A stretch of DNA of 64,000 bases. Source: Myxococcales bacterium (GTDB lineage: Bacteria; Myxococcota_A; Polyangia; Polyangiales; DASUME01). The notes under the pieces were generated by a model. It saw nothing but the letters and a program-made list of their open reading frames with translations. It did not search any database and was not told the origin of the DNA. A program made the position numbers and the translations under genes. Location: positions 288,001 through 352,000 of the forward strand of contig JASGJH010000001.1 in NCBI GenBank assembly GCA_047601445.1, written 5' to 3'. Below are positions 20,862 through 30,401 of the stretch, in pieces (position 1 is the first letter of the stretch; every line of letters begins with the position of its first letter).

Positions 20862-22076
20862 ATGTCGCGACTCGTAGTTCTGGGCGCCGGACAGGCTGGC
20901 ATGCAACTCGCGGCGACCGCGCGCGCAGAGGGGTTTCCCGGCGACATCGTGCTGGTCGGGGAGGAGCCACTCTTGCCGTACCGACGGCCCCCGCTCTCCA
21001 AGGAGTATTTGGCGGGCAAGGCGACGGCCGAGCAGCTGCTGCTGAGAGCGTCGGGCTTTTATCGGGAACAGCGCATCGAGACCCGCCTCAACCTGCGGGC
21101 GGAACGCATCGACCGAGCCAACCAAGAGGTGCTCTTTACGGACGGCAGCCGGCTCGCGTACAGCGCGCTGGCCCTCACCATGGGCACACGCGTCAAGCAG
21201 CTCCCGGTGCCCGGCGCCGAACTCGCCGGCGTCCACTACGTGCGCTCCGCGGCAGACGTCGAGCGCCTGCAGCACGGCTTGAGCGAAGCGCGTAGCGCGG
21301 TAGTCATCGGCGGAGGTTTCGTCGGGCTCGAGACGGCGGCGGTTCTGCGCGGCTTGGGCGTCGGCGTGTGCCTGCTCGAGATGCAGGATCGCATCATGCC
21401 GCGCGTGGTCTCGCCGCTGCTCTCGGAGTTTTACCGAAACGTGCACAGTCAGCGCGGTGTGGAGGTGGTCACCGGCGCCGGCGTGACGCGCATCGAGCGC
21501 CGCAACGCGGGCGGCCTGGCGGTGCACTGCGCCGACGGCCGTGAGTTTACGGGCGACATCGTAGTGGTGGGCATTGGCGTGGTGCCGAACCAGGAGCTCG
21601 CCGCGGCAGCGGGACTCACATGCGATGACGGCATCGTGGTGGACGAGTTCGCGCGGACCAGCGATCCCCACATCGTGGCGGCGGGCGACTGCACTTACCA
21701 CCCGAACCCCTTGCTCGAACGCAGCCTGCGCCTCGAGTCCGTACACAACGCGGTCGCGCAAGCCACCACGGCGGCGCTGACCGTGTGCGGCAAGCCCAGC
21801 GCGTACGCGCAGTTCCCGTGGTTCTGGTCCGACCAGTACGAATACAAGCTGCAGATGGTGGGGCTGTCCCACGGCTACGACCAAGAGGTCGTGCGCGGCA
21901 ACCTGGAGACCGGCAAGTTCTCGCTCTTCTACTTCCGCCAGGGCCGCTTGCTCGCGGTGGACTCCGTGAACGCCGCCAACGAGCACATCACGTGTAAGAG
22001 GTTGCTCGCCGCTGGAAGGTCGCCGACTCGAGAGCAGGCTGAGGATGCTCAGTTTGATCTCAAGAGGCTGATTTAA
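20862..22076 (+). CDS. NAD(P)H-dependent FAD ferredoxin reductase (putidaredoxin reductase/HcaD-like)
   Basis: GAGQAG, PYRRPPLSK, IGGGFVGLE, TSDPHIVAAGD and PWFWSDQY. Confidence 0.92.
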   Translation: MSRLVVLGAGQAGMQLAATARAEGFPGDIVLVGEEPLLPYRRPPLSKEYLAGKATAEQLLLRASGFYREQRIETRLNLRAERIDRANQEVLFTDGSRLAYSALALTMGTRVKQLPVPGAELAGVHYVRSAADVERLQHGLSEARSAVVIGGGFVGLETAAVLRGLGVGVCLLEMQDRIMPRVVSPLLSEFYRNVHSQRGVEVVTGAGVTRIERRNAGGLAVHCADGREFTGDIVVVGIGVVPNQELAAAAGLTCDDGIVVDEFARTSDPHIVAAGDCTYHPNPLLERSLRLESVHNAVAQATTAALTVCGKPSAYAQFPWFWSDQYEYKLQMVGLSHGYDQEVVRGNLETGKFSLFYFRQGRLLAVDSVNAANEHITCKRLLAAGRSPTREQAEDAQFDLKRLI

Positions 22077-22217
22077 GAGGCCATCGGGGAGCGAGTTCGC
22101 GGCCCCACGCTCGCCAGCGGCCCCGCGAGGTACAACCGCGGAGCGAAGTCGATGGCGACCGCGCGCCGAAGAGGGAACCCGGAGCTACGCGCGCCTCGTC
22201 GAGGGCGAGTGGGCGAT

Positions 22218-22246
22218 TTGACAGTCGATTGGCCTCCCGATAGAGA
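22218..22246 (+). promoter_or_regulatory. Candidate sigma70 promoter of pyrF (TTGACA-N17-TAGAGA)
   Basis: Perfect -35, 17-bp spacer, weak -10, 10 bp before the ATG. Confidence 0.4.
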
Positions 22247-22256
22247 GCCCCGGCAT

Positions 22257-23180
22257 ATGGGAGCTTTTGCGGATCGCTTGAGCGACGCTATCGCGAGGAC
22301 TCGCGCTCCGTGCGTGGTCGGGCTGGATCCCGTGCTCGAGTACATTCCCGATGCGTTCCTGCGCGAATGTGATCTTTCGCGTGACGGGGATCTCGAGGAG
22401 CAGGCTCGTATCATCGAGGCGTACTGCTTGCTCACGCTGGAGGCAGTGCACGATCTGGTGCCAGCCATCAAGCCGCAGATGGCTTACTTCGAGATATTCG
22501 GGGTGGCCGGGATGCGTGCCCTGGAGCGCTGCATCGAGACGGCGCGCGAGATGGGCCTGATGGTCCTGTTGGACGGGAAGCGCGGGGACATCGGGTCCAC
22601 TTCGAAGGCCTACGCGGATGCCTATTTGGCGCGCACGCCTCGCCGTCCTTTCGAGGTCGACTGCCTCACGCTCAACCCCTACCTGGGTGAAGACAGTCTG
22701 GCCCCCTTCGTCGACGTCGCGCTGGCGCACGACAAGGGCTTGTTTGTGTGTGTTCGTACATCGAACCCGGGTGCAGACGTGGTGCAGAACCAGTGGACCG
22801 GCGACGGCCGTCGCCTCTACGAGGTGGTGGCCAATCTGGTCTCCGGTTTCAATGAGCGCTCGATTGGCACGAGCGGCTTCGGAAGTATCGGCGCCGTCGT
22901 CGGGGCGACCCAGGCGGACGCTGCTCACAAGTTGCGAGCCCGGCTACCAAGGACCTTGTTCCTGGTGCCCGGCTTCGGGGCCCAGGGGGGCGCGCTCGAT
23001 ACGGTACGTGCCTGCTTTGATGCACGCGGCCGGGGCGCCGTGGTGAATAGCTCGCGCGCGGTGATGTACCCAGACCGCTTTGGCCAGCCCGCCGCGGTCG
23101 ATCCGGGGGCGAGTTCTAGGGACCGGATTCGACACGCCGCCCAAGACTTTGTCGCTCAGGTCCGGGGCGCATTGCGCTAG
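22257..23180 (+). CDS. pyrF: Orotidine-5'-phosphate decarboxylase
   Basis: CVVGLDP, AIKPQMAYFE, LDGKRGDIGST, RTSNPG, GAVVGAT, LVPGFGAQGG and VNSSRA. Confidence 0.95.
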   Translation: MGAFADRLSDAIARTRAPCVVGLDPVLEYIPDAFLRECDLSRDGDLEEQARIIEAYCLLTLEAVHDLVPAIKPQMAYFEIFGVAGMRALERCIETAREMGLMVLLDGKRGDIGSTSKAYADAYLARTPRRPFEVDCLTLNPYLGEDSLAPFVDVALAHDKGLFVCVRTSNPGADVVQNQWTGDGRRLYEVVANLVSGFNERSIGTSGFGSIGAVVGATQADAAHKLRARLPRTLFLVPGFGAQGGALDTVRACFDARGRGAVVNSSRAVMYPDRFGQPAAVDPGASSRDRIRHAAQDFVAQVRGALR

Positions 23181-23342
23181 GGTGGGCCGCCGTTGACCCA
23201 GACGGTGGATCGCGAGTGGCTTGCGCGCGTACCAGGTGCGGGGTAGCTCGTGCAGACGTTTCGCCTCGGAAACCAGGTTGCCAGGCCGCGGAAAAGGCGC
23301 GCCCAGGACCGCGTTTCTCGGAAGGATCCTTACGGAATTATC

Positions 23343-25616
23343 ATGAGCACTCGAGAAGACGCGCTCGCCTATCACGCCCAGGGACGCCCGGGCAAAATCA
23401 GCGTGACGCCCACGAAGCCCTTGGTTTCGCAGCGAGATCTGTCGCTCGCTTACACGCCGGGCGTGGCCGAACCCTGTCGCGTCATCGCGGAGAACCCCGA
23501 GGCTGTCGACCTCTACACCGCCCGCCGCAACCTGGTGGCCGTGATCTCCGACGGCACCGCCGTGCTCGGCCTGGGCGACATCGGCCCCTACGCCGCAAAG
23601 CCCGTGATGGAGGGCAAGGGCGTCCTGTTCAAGAAGTTCGCGGACGTCGACGTGTTCGACATCGAGCTGGCCGAGAAGGACCCGGACAAGCTGGTGGAGA
23701 TCATCTGCGCCCTGGAGCCGACCTTCGGCGGCATCAACCTCGAGGACATCAAGGCCCCCGAGTGCTTCGTCGTCGAGCGCAAGCTGCGTGAGCGTCTCTC
23801 CATTCCGGTCTTCCACGACGACCAGCACGGAACGGCCATCATTTGCGCCGCTGCCCTCAAGAACGCGGTCGAGCTCCAGAACAAGAAGATGGAGGAGCTC
23901 AAGGTGGTGTGCCTCGGCGCGGGTGCCGCGGCCGTGGCCTGCATGGAGCTCTGGATGCGGCTCGGCGTGAAGCGCGAGCGCATCTTCATGGCGGACTCCA
24001 AGGGCATCGTGGTGGAGGGACGCTCCAAACTCAACGAGTTCAAGGAGCGCTTCGCGCGTCCGGCCCACGAGAACCAGATGACCCTCGAGGAGGCCCTGCA
24101 GGGCGCCGACGTGTTCCTGGGGCTCGCCACTGGCAACCTGGTGACGGGGGCCATGGTCAAGCGCATGGCCCCGCGCCCCATCATCATGGCGCTGGCGAAC
24201 CCCGACCCCGAGATCCCCTACGAGGAAGCTCGCGCTGCCCGTCCGGACGCCATCGTGGCCACGGGTCGCAGCGACTATCCGAACCAGGTCAACAACGTTC
24301 TCGGGTTCCCCTACATCTTCCGTGGCGCGCTCGACGTGGGCGCCCGCTGCATCAACGAGGAGATGAAGCTCGCCGCGGCCCTCGCCCTGGCCGAGCTGGC
24401 CCGCCAGGACGTGCCTGATCGCGTGCGCCAGGCCTACGGCGGTGCGGCGCTCTCGTATGGGCCCGACTACATCATCCCGAAGCCCTTCGACGCGCGCGTG
24501 CTGTACTGGGTTTCGCCGGCCGTGGCCCAGGCGGCCATCGACTCGGGCGTAGCCCGCGAGCCCCTCGACATCGAGCGCTATCGCGAGCGCCTGATCCGCA
24601 GCCAGTCGCCGACGGCGGAGCTGATGTGGAACGTGAACGCCCAGGTGAAGCGCAGCGAGAAGCGCATCGCCTTTTGCGATGGGCAGGACCCGCGCGTCCT
24701 GCGCGCCGCCCGCGTGGTGTGTGACGAGGGGCTGGGCACGCCCATCCTGCTCGGAGACCGCGCCCGCATCGAGGCCCAGGCAGCGGACCTTCGCGTGAGC
24801 CTCGAGGGGCTCGAGGTGCTCGAGTTCGCGGCGGATCCTCGCGCGGCTGAGTTCGCAGAGCAGCTCCATCGCCTGCGCTCGGACAAGGGGCTCTCCCAGG
24901 CCGACGCCAGCGCCTGGCTCAAGCAGGACCCCAACTACTTCGGCATGATGATGCTGAAGCTCGGCCATGTGGAAGTGGCCGTGAGCGGCGCCAGTCAGCG
25001 CTTCGTCGATACGCTGGGCCCGGCCCTGGCGGTCGTCGGTGCCCCGAAGGGCGAGCGCCGGGCCCTCGCGGTGCACCTGGCGGTCAATGCGCAAGGCGTG
25101 CGGCTGCTGGCCGACACCGCGCTCAACGTGGATCCCGACGCGGAGACCCTGGCGGACATCGCCATTCAGGCCGCGGACGCGGCCCAACAGCTCGGGCTCG
25201 AGCCTCGCGTGGGCATGCTCGGCTTTTCTACGCTCCTGGACACCAAGGCTGCCCGTTCGCGCAAGGTGCCCGAGGCAACCCGGCTCGTGCGCGAGCGCCG
25301 TCCGGGCCTGCAGATCGAGGGCGAGCTCCAGGCCGACGTGGCGCTCTCCGAGGAGCGGCAGCGGGCCTATCCCCAGAACAGCCTGAAGGGCCCCGCCAAC
25401 GTCCTCGTCTTCCCCAACCTCGACGCCGGCAACATCGGCTGCAAGCTGATTCAGGCGCTCGGGGCGGCTGGCAGCGGCACCCAGGTGATCGGTCCCTGGG
25501 TCATCGGGACAGAGAAGCCGGTGGCCCTCCTTACGCCGGAAACGGGCGTCGAGGAGATCGTGCACCTCACCGCGTTGGCGGCTTTACGCGTGGGTTTTCG
25601 GGCGCCCGCGGAGTAG
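23343..25616 (+). CDS. maeB: NADP-dependent malic enzyme fused to a phosphotransacetylase-like domain
   Basis: [54 protein letters not shown] and [14 protein letters not shown]-terminal PTA-like [21 protein letters not shown]. Confidence 0.95.
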   Translation: MSTREDALAYHAQGRPGKISVTPTKPLVSQRDLSLAYTPGVAEPCRVIAENPEAVDLYTARRNLVAVISDGTAVLGLGDIGPYAAKPVMEGKGVLFKKFADVDVFDIELAEKDPDKLVEIICALEPTFGGINLEDIKAPECFVVERKLRERLSIPVFHDDQHGTAIICAAALKNAVELQNKKMEELKVVCLGAGAAAVACMELWMRLGVKRERIFMADSKGIVVEGRSKLNEFKERFARPAHENQMTLEEALQGADVFLGLATGNLVTGAMVKRMAPRPIIMALANPDPEIPYEEARAARPDAIVATGRSDYPNQVNNVLGFPYIFRGALDVGARCINEEMKLAAALALAELARQDVPDRVRQAYGGAALSYGPDYIIPKPFDARVLYWVSPAVAQAAIDSGVAREPLDIERYRERLIRSQSPTAELMWNVNAQVKRSEKRIAFCDGQDPRVLRAARVVCDEGLGTPILLGDRARIEAQAADLRVSLEGLEVLEFAADPRAAEFAEQLHRLRSDKGLSQADASAWLKQDPNYFGMMMLKLGHVEVAVSGASQRFVDTLGPALAVVGAPKGERRALAVHLAVNAQGVRLLADTALNVDPDAETLADIAIQAADAAQQLGLEPRVGMLGFSTLLDTKAARSRKVPEATRLVRERRPGLQIEGELQADVALSEERQRAYPQNSLKGPANVLVFPNLDAGNIGCKLIQALGAAGSGTQVIGPWVIGTEKPVALLTPETGVEEIVHLTALAALRVGFRAPAE

Positions 25617-25740
25617 GTGGCGGTCGCCTGGGCGCCTGGCAGGAGCCTTCCAGGTCCCTGGCTAGCCCATGAATGGGCCAGAGCGGGAGCCTGCATGGGG
25701 CCTGTCCGGCGCTGCGCCAGCTCATGATAGAATCGCCCGC

Positions 25741-27037
25741 GTGTCGGATATCGATCAATTGGCGTCGTGGGCCCAGACCAGCGTGGGCCGCGTGCGCGAC
25801 CACAACGAGGACGCCTATCTGGTGGACGAGTCCATCGGACTCTTCGCGGTGGCAGATGGCATGGGCGGGCACGCCGCCGGCGAGGTGGCCAGCAACCTGG
25901 CGCTCGAGACGGTGCAGCGGGTCATCAAGCAGGGGCAAGACAAGAATCGCGGCCTTCGAGCTCGATTCACGCTCCCGCGAAACACGGCGCGCGCTGCTCG
26001 ACTTGATCGAGGAGGCGGCCCACGCGGCGTGTGCCGCCGTCCACGATGCGGGCAAGCGCGACGAGCGCATGCGCGGCATGGGCACCACGCTGTGCTTGCT
26101 GGTCATCGCGGGCTCACACGGCTTCATCGCCCACGTGGGCGATTCGCGCATCTATTTGGTGCGCGGGGACAAGACGCATCAGCTCACGCAGGATCACAAC
26201 CTGCAGAACGAGCTGCTCAAGCGCGGCAAGCTGACGCCGGATCAGATCGCCCAGGTCAAACAGAAGAACGCGCTCACGCGCGCCATCGGCGTGTATTCGA
26301 GCGTGGAGGTCGACACCCTGGACTTCGGCGTGGTGGCTGGCGACCGGCTCCTGCTCTGCTCGGACGGCCTCTACAGTTATCTGCGCAAGGGCGAGCTCAA
26401 CTCGGTGTTCGAAGACACGCCGGAGCAAGCTGCCCAGCGCCTGGTGGCCCTGGCGAATCAGCGCGGCGGTCACGACAACATCACCGCCATCGTGATCGCG
26501 GTGAGCGGCGCGCCCGACGACGAGCAGCAGACGCTGACCAAGCTCAAGCTCGACACGCTGGGCAACGCGCAGCTGTTCAAGTTCCTCAACTACCAGGAGC
26601 TGGTGCGCGTCTCGAATCTGAGCGAGGTGCGCAATTTCCTGGAGGACGAGCCGGTCTTTCAAGAAGGCGACACCGGGGAGGAGCTGTTCGTGGTGTTGTC
26701 GGGCTCGGTGCGCGTGCACAAGGGCGAGAGCACCATGCTGTTCTTGGGCCCTGGCGAGCACTTCGGAGAGATGGCGCTGATCGACCGCGGCACTCGCAGC
26801 GCCAGCGTCACGGCGGTGGAGGCTACCCGCGTCCTGGTGATCAAGCGCCCCGACTTCCTGTACCTGATCAAACACGAGCGCGATTTGGCGGTGAAGCTCC
26901 TGTGGCAGTTCCTCGGGGTGCTCAGCTCACGCCTGCGGCAGACTTCGCGGGAGCTCGGCGAGGCCCGTGGTCAGCTCGCGGAGTCGATGCCGGAGCTGGT
27001 GGCGCTCGACGAAGAAGACCTCGAGGAATCCCCCTGA
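25741..27037 (+). CDS. PP2C (Stp1-type) Ser/Thr phosphatase fused to a C-terminal cNMP-binding domain; frameshifted as sequenced at 25944-25948
   Basis: GRVRDHNED and [15 protein letters not shown] are in one frame; [25 protein letters not shown] and cNMP motif [13 protein letters not shown] in the next. Removing one A joins them (DKIAAFELD). Confidence 0.85.
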
Positions 27038-28104
27038 TGGGCCTGGCCCTGGCCCGGCGCCTGGGGAGGTGTCCGTCCCCGCGCCTCGGCGCGGTACTGG
27101 GCGTCTTGCTGGCAGGGCTTCCGGGTTGCGAAGCTTCCGAGGCTCCTCCCCCGACCAGCGCGCCGGCCGCCCACGCGGCGGTGGCCACACACCACGACAC
27201 GGGGGCGGTCCCCGCGCCGGCCGAGCCGGTCGTACCTGCCCTGAAGCCGCGCGAAGTTCGCCCCACAATCGGCGCGCACAGCGGGGAGCTCCACAGCTCG
27301 GCCGCCCTCGACGAAGGCGCCCGACTGGCGGCCGATACGCTGGTCACGCTGGCCGAAAAGGCGCAGCTCGTTCTGCAATTTCCGGGCGGTGCGAGCGTGA
27401 AGGTGCTGGGTCCGGCGCGTCTGGCGGTCCCCGCCGGCGAGCTTGGGCTCCTGCTGCGTCAGGGCACGGTGAGCGTCGACCTCGAGTTTTCGGCCCTGCA
27501 TCCGGAGTCCGGTTTCTGGTTGGCTACCCCCAGCGCGCGTCTGGAGCTGGTGCACGGCGGCCGCTTCGTGGTGCGCGCTTTCGAGTACGGCGGGAGCGCC
27601 CTGTCGGTGGTGACCGGTCCCCTGGCAGTGACCCCGGCCGGTGGGGAAGGGCAGGCCCCCAAGGCGCTCGCCGCGGGCGCCAAGGCCCAGCTTGCGGCCG
27701 ACGGCAAGAGCGAGTTCAGCAGCGTCGCCCGGCGTCCCGGGGCGGGGATTTCCCTGCACCTGCAGACCGAAGAGGTCCGCCTTGCCGCGCTCCCCGAGCG
27801 TCGGGGCGCCGATCTCTCGGCTGCGACTCGGTCAGCCAGCGCCGTGGCGGCGGCCTGCGATGCAGTGGTGACCGCCCGGACCGAGGAACACACGCTCCAG
27901 GCTCGGCACCGGGCCCTGGTGGCTCAGAAGGACCCGGGCGCAATGGAAGTCCAGCGCGCACTCGCCGCGCAGGGGGCCCGTAGCTTCGAGGCCCGGCGCG
28001 CCCTGGAGAAGCGGCTGTCGTTGCTCGAAGCCGAGCGGCTCGAGGCCGGCTCTCAAGGCCTGGCAAGTCCTGAAATTGCCCGTGCCCGCGAGCTCTTGCG
28101 CTAG
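27037..28104 (+). CDS. Putative lipoprotein with a FecR-like beta domain and C-terminal helical region
   Basis: TGATG overlap with the upstream stop; lipobox-like [24 protein letters not shown] and LSVVTG are loosely FecR-like. Confidence 0.5.
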   Translation: MGLALARRLGRCPSPRLGAVLGVLLAGLPGCEASEAPPPTSAPAAHAAVATHHDTGAVPAPAEPVVPALKPREVRPTIGAHSGELHSSAALDEGARLAADTLVTLAEKAQLVLQFPGGASVKVLGPARLAVPAGELGLLLRQGTVSVDLEFSALHPESGFWLATPSARLELVHGGRFVVRAFEYGGSALSVVTGPLAVTPAGGEGQAPKALAAGAKAQLAADGKSEFSSVARRPGAGISLHLQTEEVRLAALPERRGADLSAATRSASAVAAACDAVVTARTEEHTLQARHRALVAQKDPGAMEVQRALAAQGARSFEARRALEKRLSLLEAERLEAGSQGLASPEIARARELLR

Positions 28105-28112
28105 CTCCGTCC

Positions 28113-28142
28113 TTGACGCTCAGGACGGCGGCTGCCTATGCT
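28113..28142 (+). promoter_or_regulatory. Candidate sigma70 promoter (TTGACG-N18-TATGCT)
   Basis: Near-consensus -35/-10 just upstream of ATG 28153, implying a very short leader. Confidence 0.5.
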
Positions 28143-28152
28143 CGCGACCGCG

Positions 28153-29652
28153 ATGCGCGTATCTTCAGTGTTGCTCGCGGTAGGGGCGCTAATCGGGGCT
28201 GGAGCGTCCCAGGCCCGCGCGGACGATCCGCCGCTGCGCCTCATGAACGACCCCTGGACCTACACGGACGTGATCGACGCGTTCGACGACGGCGACCCGT
28301 TCGATCTCAATGCCCATATCGGGTACCAGCGGACCACGGATCGCGGCACCATCCAGCGCGAGTTCACGGATCCCAATACCCACGAGCGCGGGCGCGAGAA
28401 GATCGCCGAGAGCGAGCAGATCACCAGCACGCTCATGTTCGGGCTCGACGTCGGTCTCTACAAAGACGTCATGGCGTTCCTGCACCTGCCGTTGATCTTG
28501 AGCAACTCACGCCAGCTGTCCGTGCCCAGTGGGAGCAGCGCCCAGCAGATCAACGACGACCAGGGGCCCCTCTACGATCCGTTCGACTACGGTGGCGCCA
28601 CCGGCCCGCTGTTCTCCGTTCCGTTCAAGTCGCCCACCCGCGCTGGCTTCGACTACATCGGCATCGGCGGTTCTTGGGCCGTACTCAACCAGCAGCGCCA
28701 TTCCTGGCAGCCCACCTGGATCTTCATCCTCGAGGGACGTCGGGCGATCGGCACACCGCTGAAGCCCTGTCAGGACGTCCAGGGCAAGACCGTGTGCGGC
28801 AACAAGGCACCGGGCGGTGAAGACATCGACGGCGACGGCATCGCCGACGGCACCGCGGACGCTTTCAAGAATCAGTCGGCGGGCTCGAGCAAGGGCTTCA
28901 GTGGCGTGTCGTTCGAGACCCGCCTGTCGCGTCGCTACCGCTACGTGGAGCCCTACATGGGCCTCGGCGTGCTCATCCAGTGGGCCTCCACGGCGAACAA
29001 GTACTTCAACCCCGGCGGCAGGCTCGACGGCGTCATCAACGCGTTGCCGAGTCAGATCGCTACTGCGACCCTCGGCAGCGCCATCATTCCCTGGGAGAAC
29101 CGCGGCCGCCATCAGCGCTTCGCGCTCGACCTGCGCATGACCGCGACCTACCTCTCGCAGGGTAAGGACTACAGCGCGCTCTACGACGCCCTCGGAACGA
29201 GCAACCACGCCGAGCTCACGCGCCCCAACTTCGAGGGTGTGCAAGGTGCGAATCCGGACACCAACCCGACGCTCCACCGCTGCAACACCAACGACCCCTC
29301 CGACACGAACTGCTACGTCGGCAACAAGGTTCCCTTCTACGGGCTCACGGACATCCGAGCTCGCCTCAACTACGGCTTCCGCGTCGGCATCGAGATGCAG
29401 GCCGCCGAGTACATTCGCTTCGGTCTGGGCACGGGCGTGACGTGGCTGACCAACTACGCGATGACGGCCGCGGACCCTTGCAATCCAGACGTCAGCACGG
29501 GCAATCGTGGGGAAGCATACCGCGGCAGCACCTGCGGCTCCGGGGTCGTTAACCCCTCGCACCGTCCCACCATCGACCTACCTGGCCGCCGCTTCTTCAT
29601 GCAGGGTGAGGTGCTAGTGGACCTCTACGCCACGGCGACAGCCCAGTTTTGA
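28153..29652 (+). CDS. Secreted, probably outer-membrane beta-barrel protein of unknown function
   Basis: Signal peptide (..GASQARA), amphipathic strands, C-terminal Phe (LYATATAQF), Cys pairs in loops and DIDGDG Ca-binding-like motif. Confidence 0.65.
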   Translation: MRVSSVLLAVGALIGAGASQARADDPPLRLMNDPWTYTDVIDAFDDGDPFDLNAHIGYQRTTDRGTIQREFTDPNTHERGREKIAESEQITSTLMFGLDVGLYKDVMAFLHLPLILSNSRQLSVPSGSSAQQINDDQGPLYDPFDYGGATGPLFSVPFKSPTRAGFDYIGIGGSWAVLNQQRHSWQPTWIFILEGRRAIGTPLKPCQDVQGKTVCGNKAPGGEDIDGDGIADGTADAFKNQSAGSSKGFSGVSFETRLSRRYRYVEPYMGLGVLIQWASTANKYFNPGGRLDGVINALPSQIATATLGSAIIPWENRGRHQRFALDLRMTATYLSQGKDYSALYDALGTSNHAELTRPNFEGVQGANPDTNPTLHRCNTNDPSDTNCYVGNKVPFYGLTDIRARLNYGFRVGIEMQAAEYIRFGLGTGVTWLTNYAMTAADPCNPDVSTGNRGEAYRGSTCGSGVVNPSHRPTIDLPGRRFFMQGEVLVDLYATATAQF

Positions 29653-29752
29653 GCTGTACGGAGTAGAGGCACGCCCGCCTCCTCACGCTCGGCGCGTCGA
29701 CAGCTTGACCCCTCGCCTGCTCCCGAGCGACATTCGTTGGCGGGGGATAAAT

Positions 29753-30391
29753 ATGCCTGTCGGACCCAGCAGTTGGGCGCCCAAGGATTTCGTCGAGCGA
29801 GCTCGCAGAAAGCCGCTCGGGGAGCTGGTCCAGGACTGCGGGACGAACTTCGTGTTGGTGGTCCCGCTGGGTGAGCCGGACAGCGAGCTGGCGCAGGGGC
29901 TCTCGTCCACCATCCGCCCGTCGGAGCGTGCAGGCATCGGCTTCAAGACGCTCACGGGCGACGCTGCATCGCTGATGCAAGCGGCCCTGAAGCGTCCCAC
30001 GCGTGGATTCATGGCAGCCCACTCCTGGGACGTGCCGGGCGCCTACGTGCCCATTCCACGCCACTTGCTCGAGTCGGCCTGTCACGTGATGCCCATCGTC
30101 AAGCGCTCGGGTGCGTCGTTTTTGGAGCGCATCTCGGTGGGCCGTGTGAACGGCCACGATGTCGTGCTGCGCCATGCCAGCGTGTCGAAGTTCCATGCCT
30201 GGTTCGAAGCGCCGGAAGATGGAAATCTCTACGTGGGCGACGCGGGAAGTCGCAACTACACCTACGTGAATGGGGAGCGCATCACGGACCGCACGCGAGT
30301 TCAGCCAGGCGCCAAGCTCACGTTCGGCATGCTTGAGGCCCACGTGTACACCCTCGAGAGCTTCTGGAAGGCGCTGCACCCGGGCGCATAG
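29753..30391 (+). CDS. FHA domain protein
   Basis: ISVGR..DVVLRHASVSKFHA..DAGSRNYTYVNG..FG. Confidence 0.88.
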   Translation: MPVGPSSWAPKDFVERARRKPLGELVQDCGTNFVLVVPLGEPDSELAQGLSSTIRPSERAGIGFKTLTGDAASLMQAALKRPTRGFMAAHSWDVPGAYVPIPRHLLESACHVMPIVKRSGASFLERISVGRVNGHDVVLRHASVSKFHAWFEAPEDGNLYVGDAGSRNYTYVNGERITDRTRVQPGAKLTFGMLEAHVYTLESFWKALHPGA

Positions 30392-30401
30392 GTCTAGGTC
30401 C

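Noticed and set aside
25669..28104. 811-aa ORF as a single fusion protein
   Set aside because: It joins the PP2C N-terminus, an off-frame middle created by the frameshift, and the separate lipoprotein starting at 27037.
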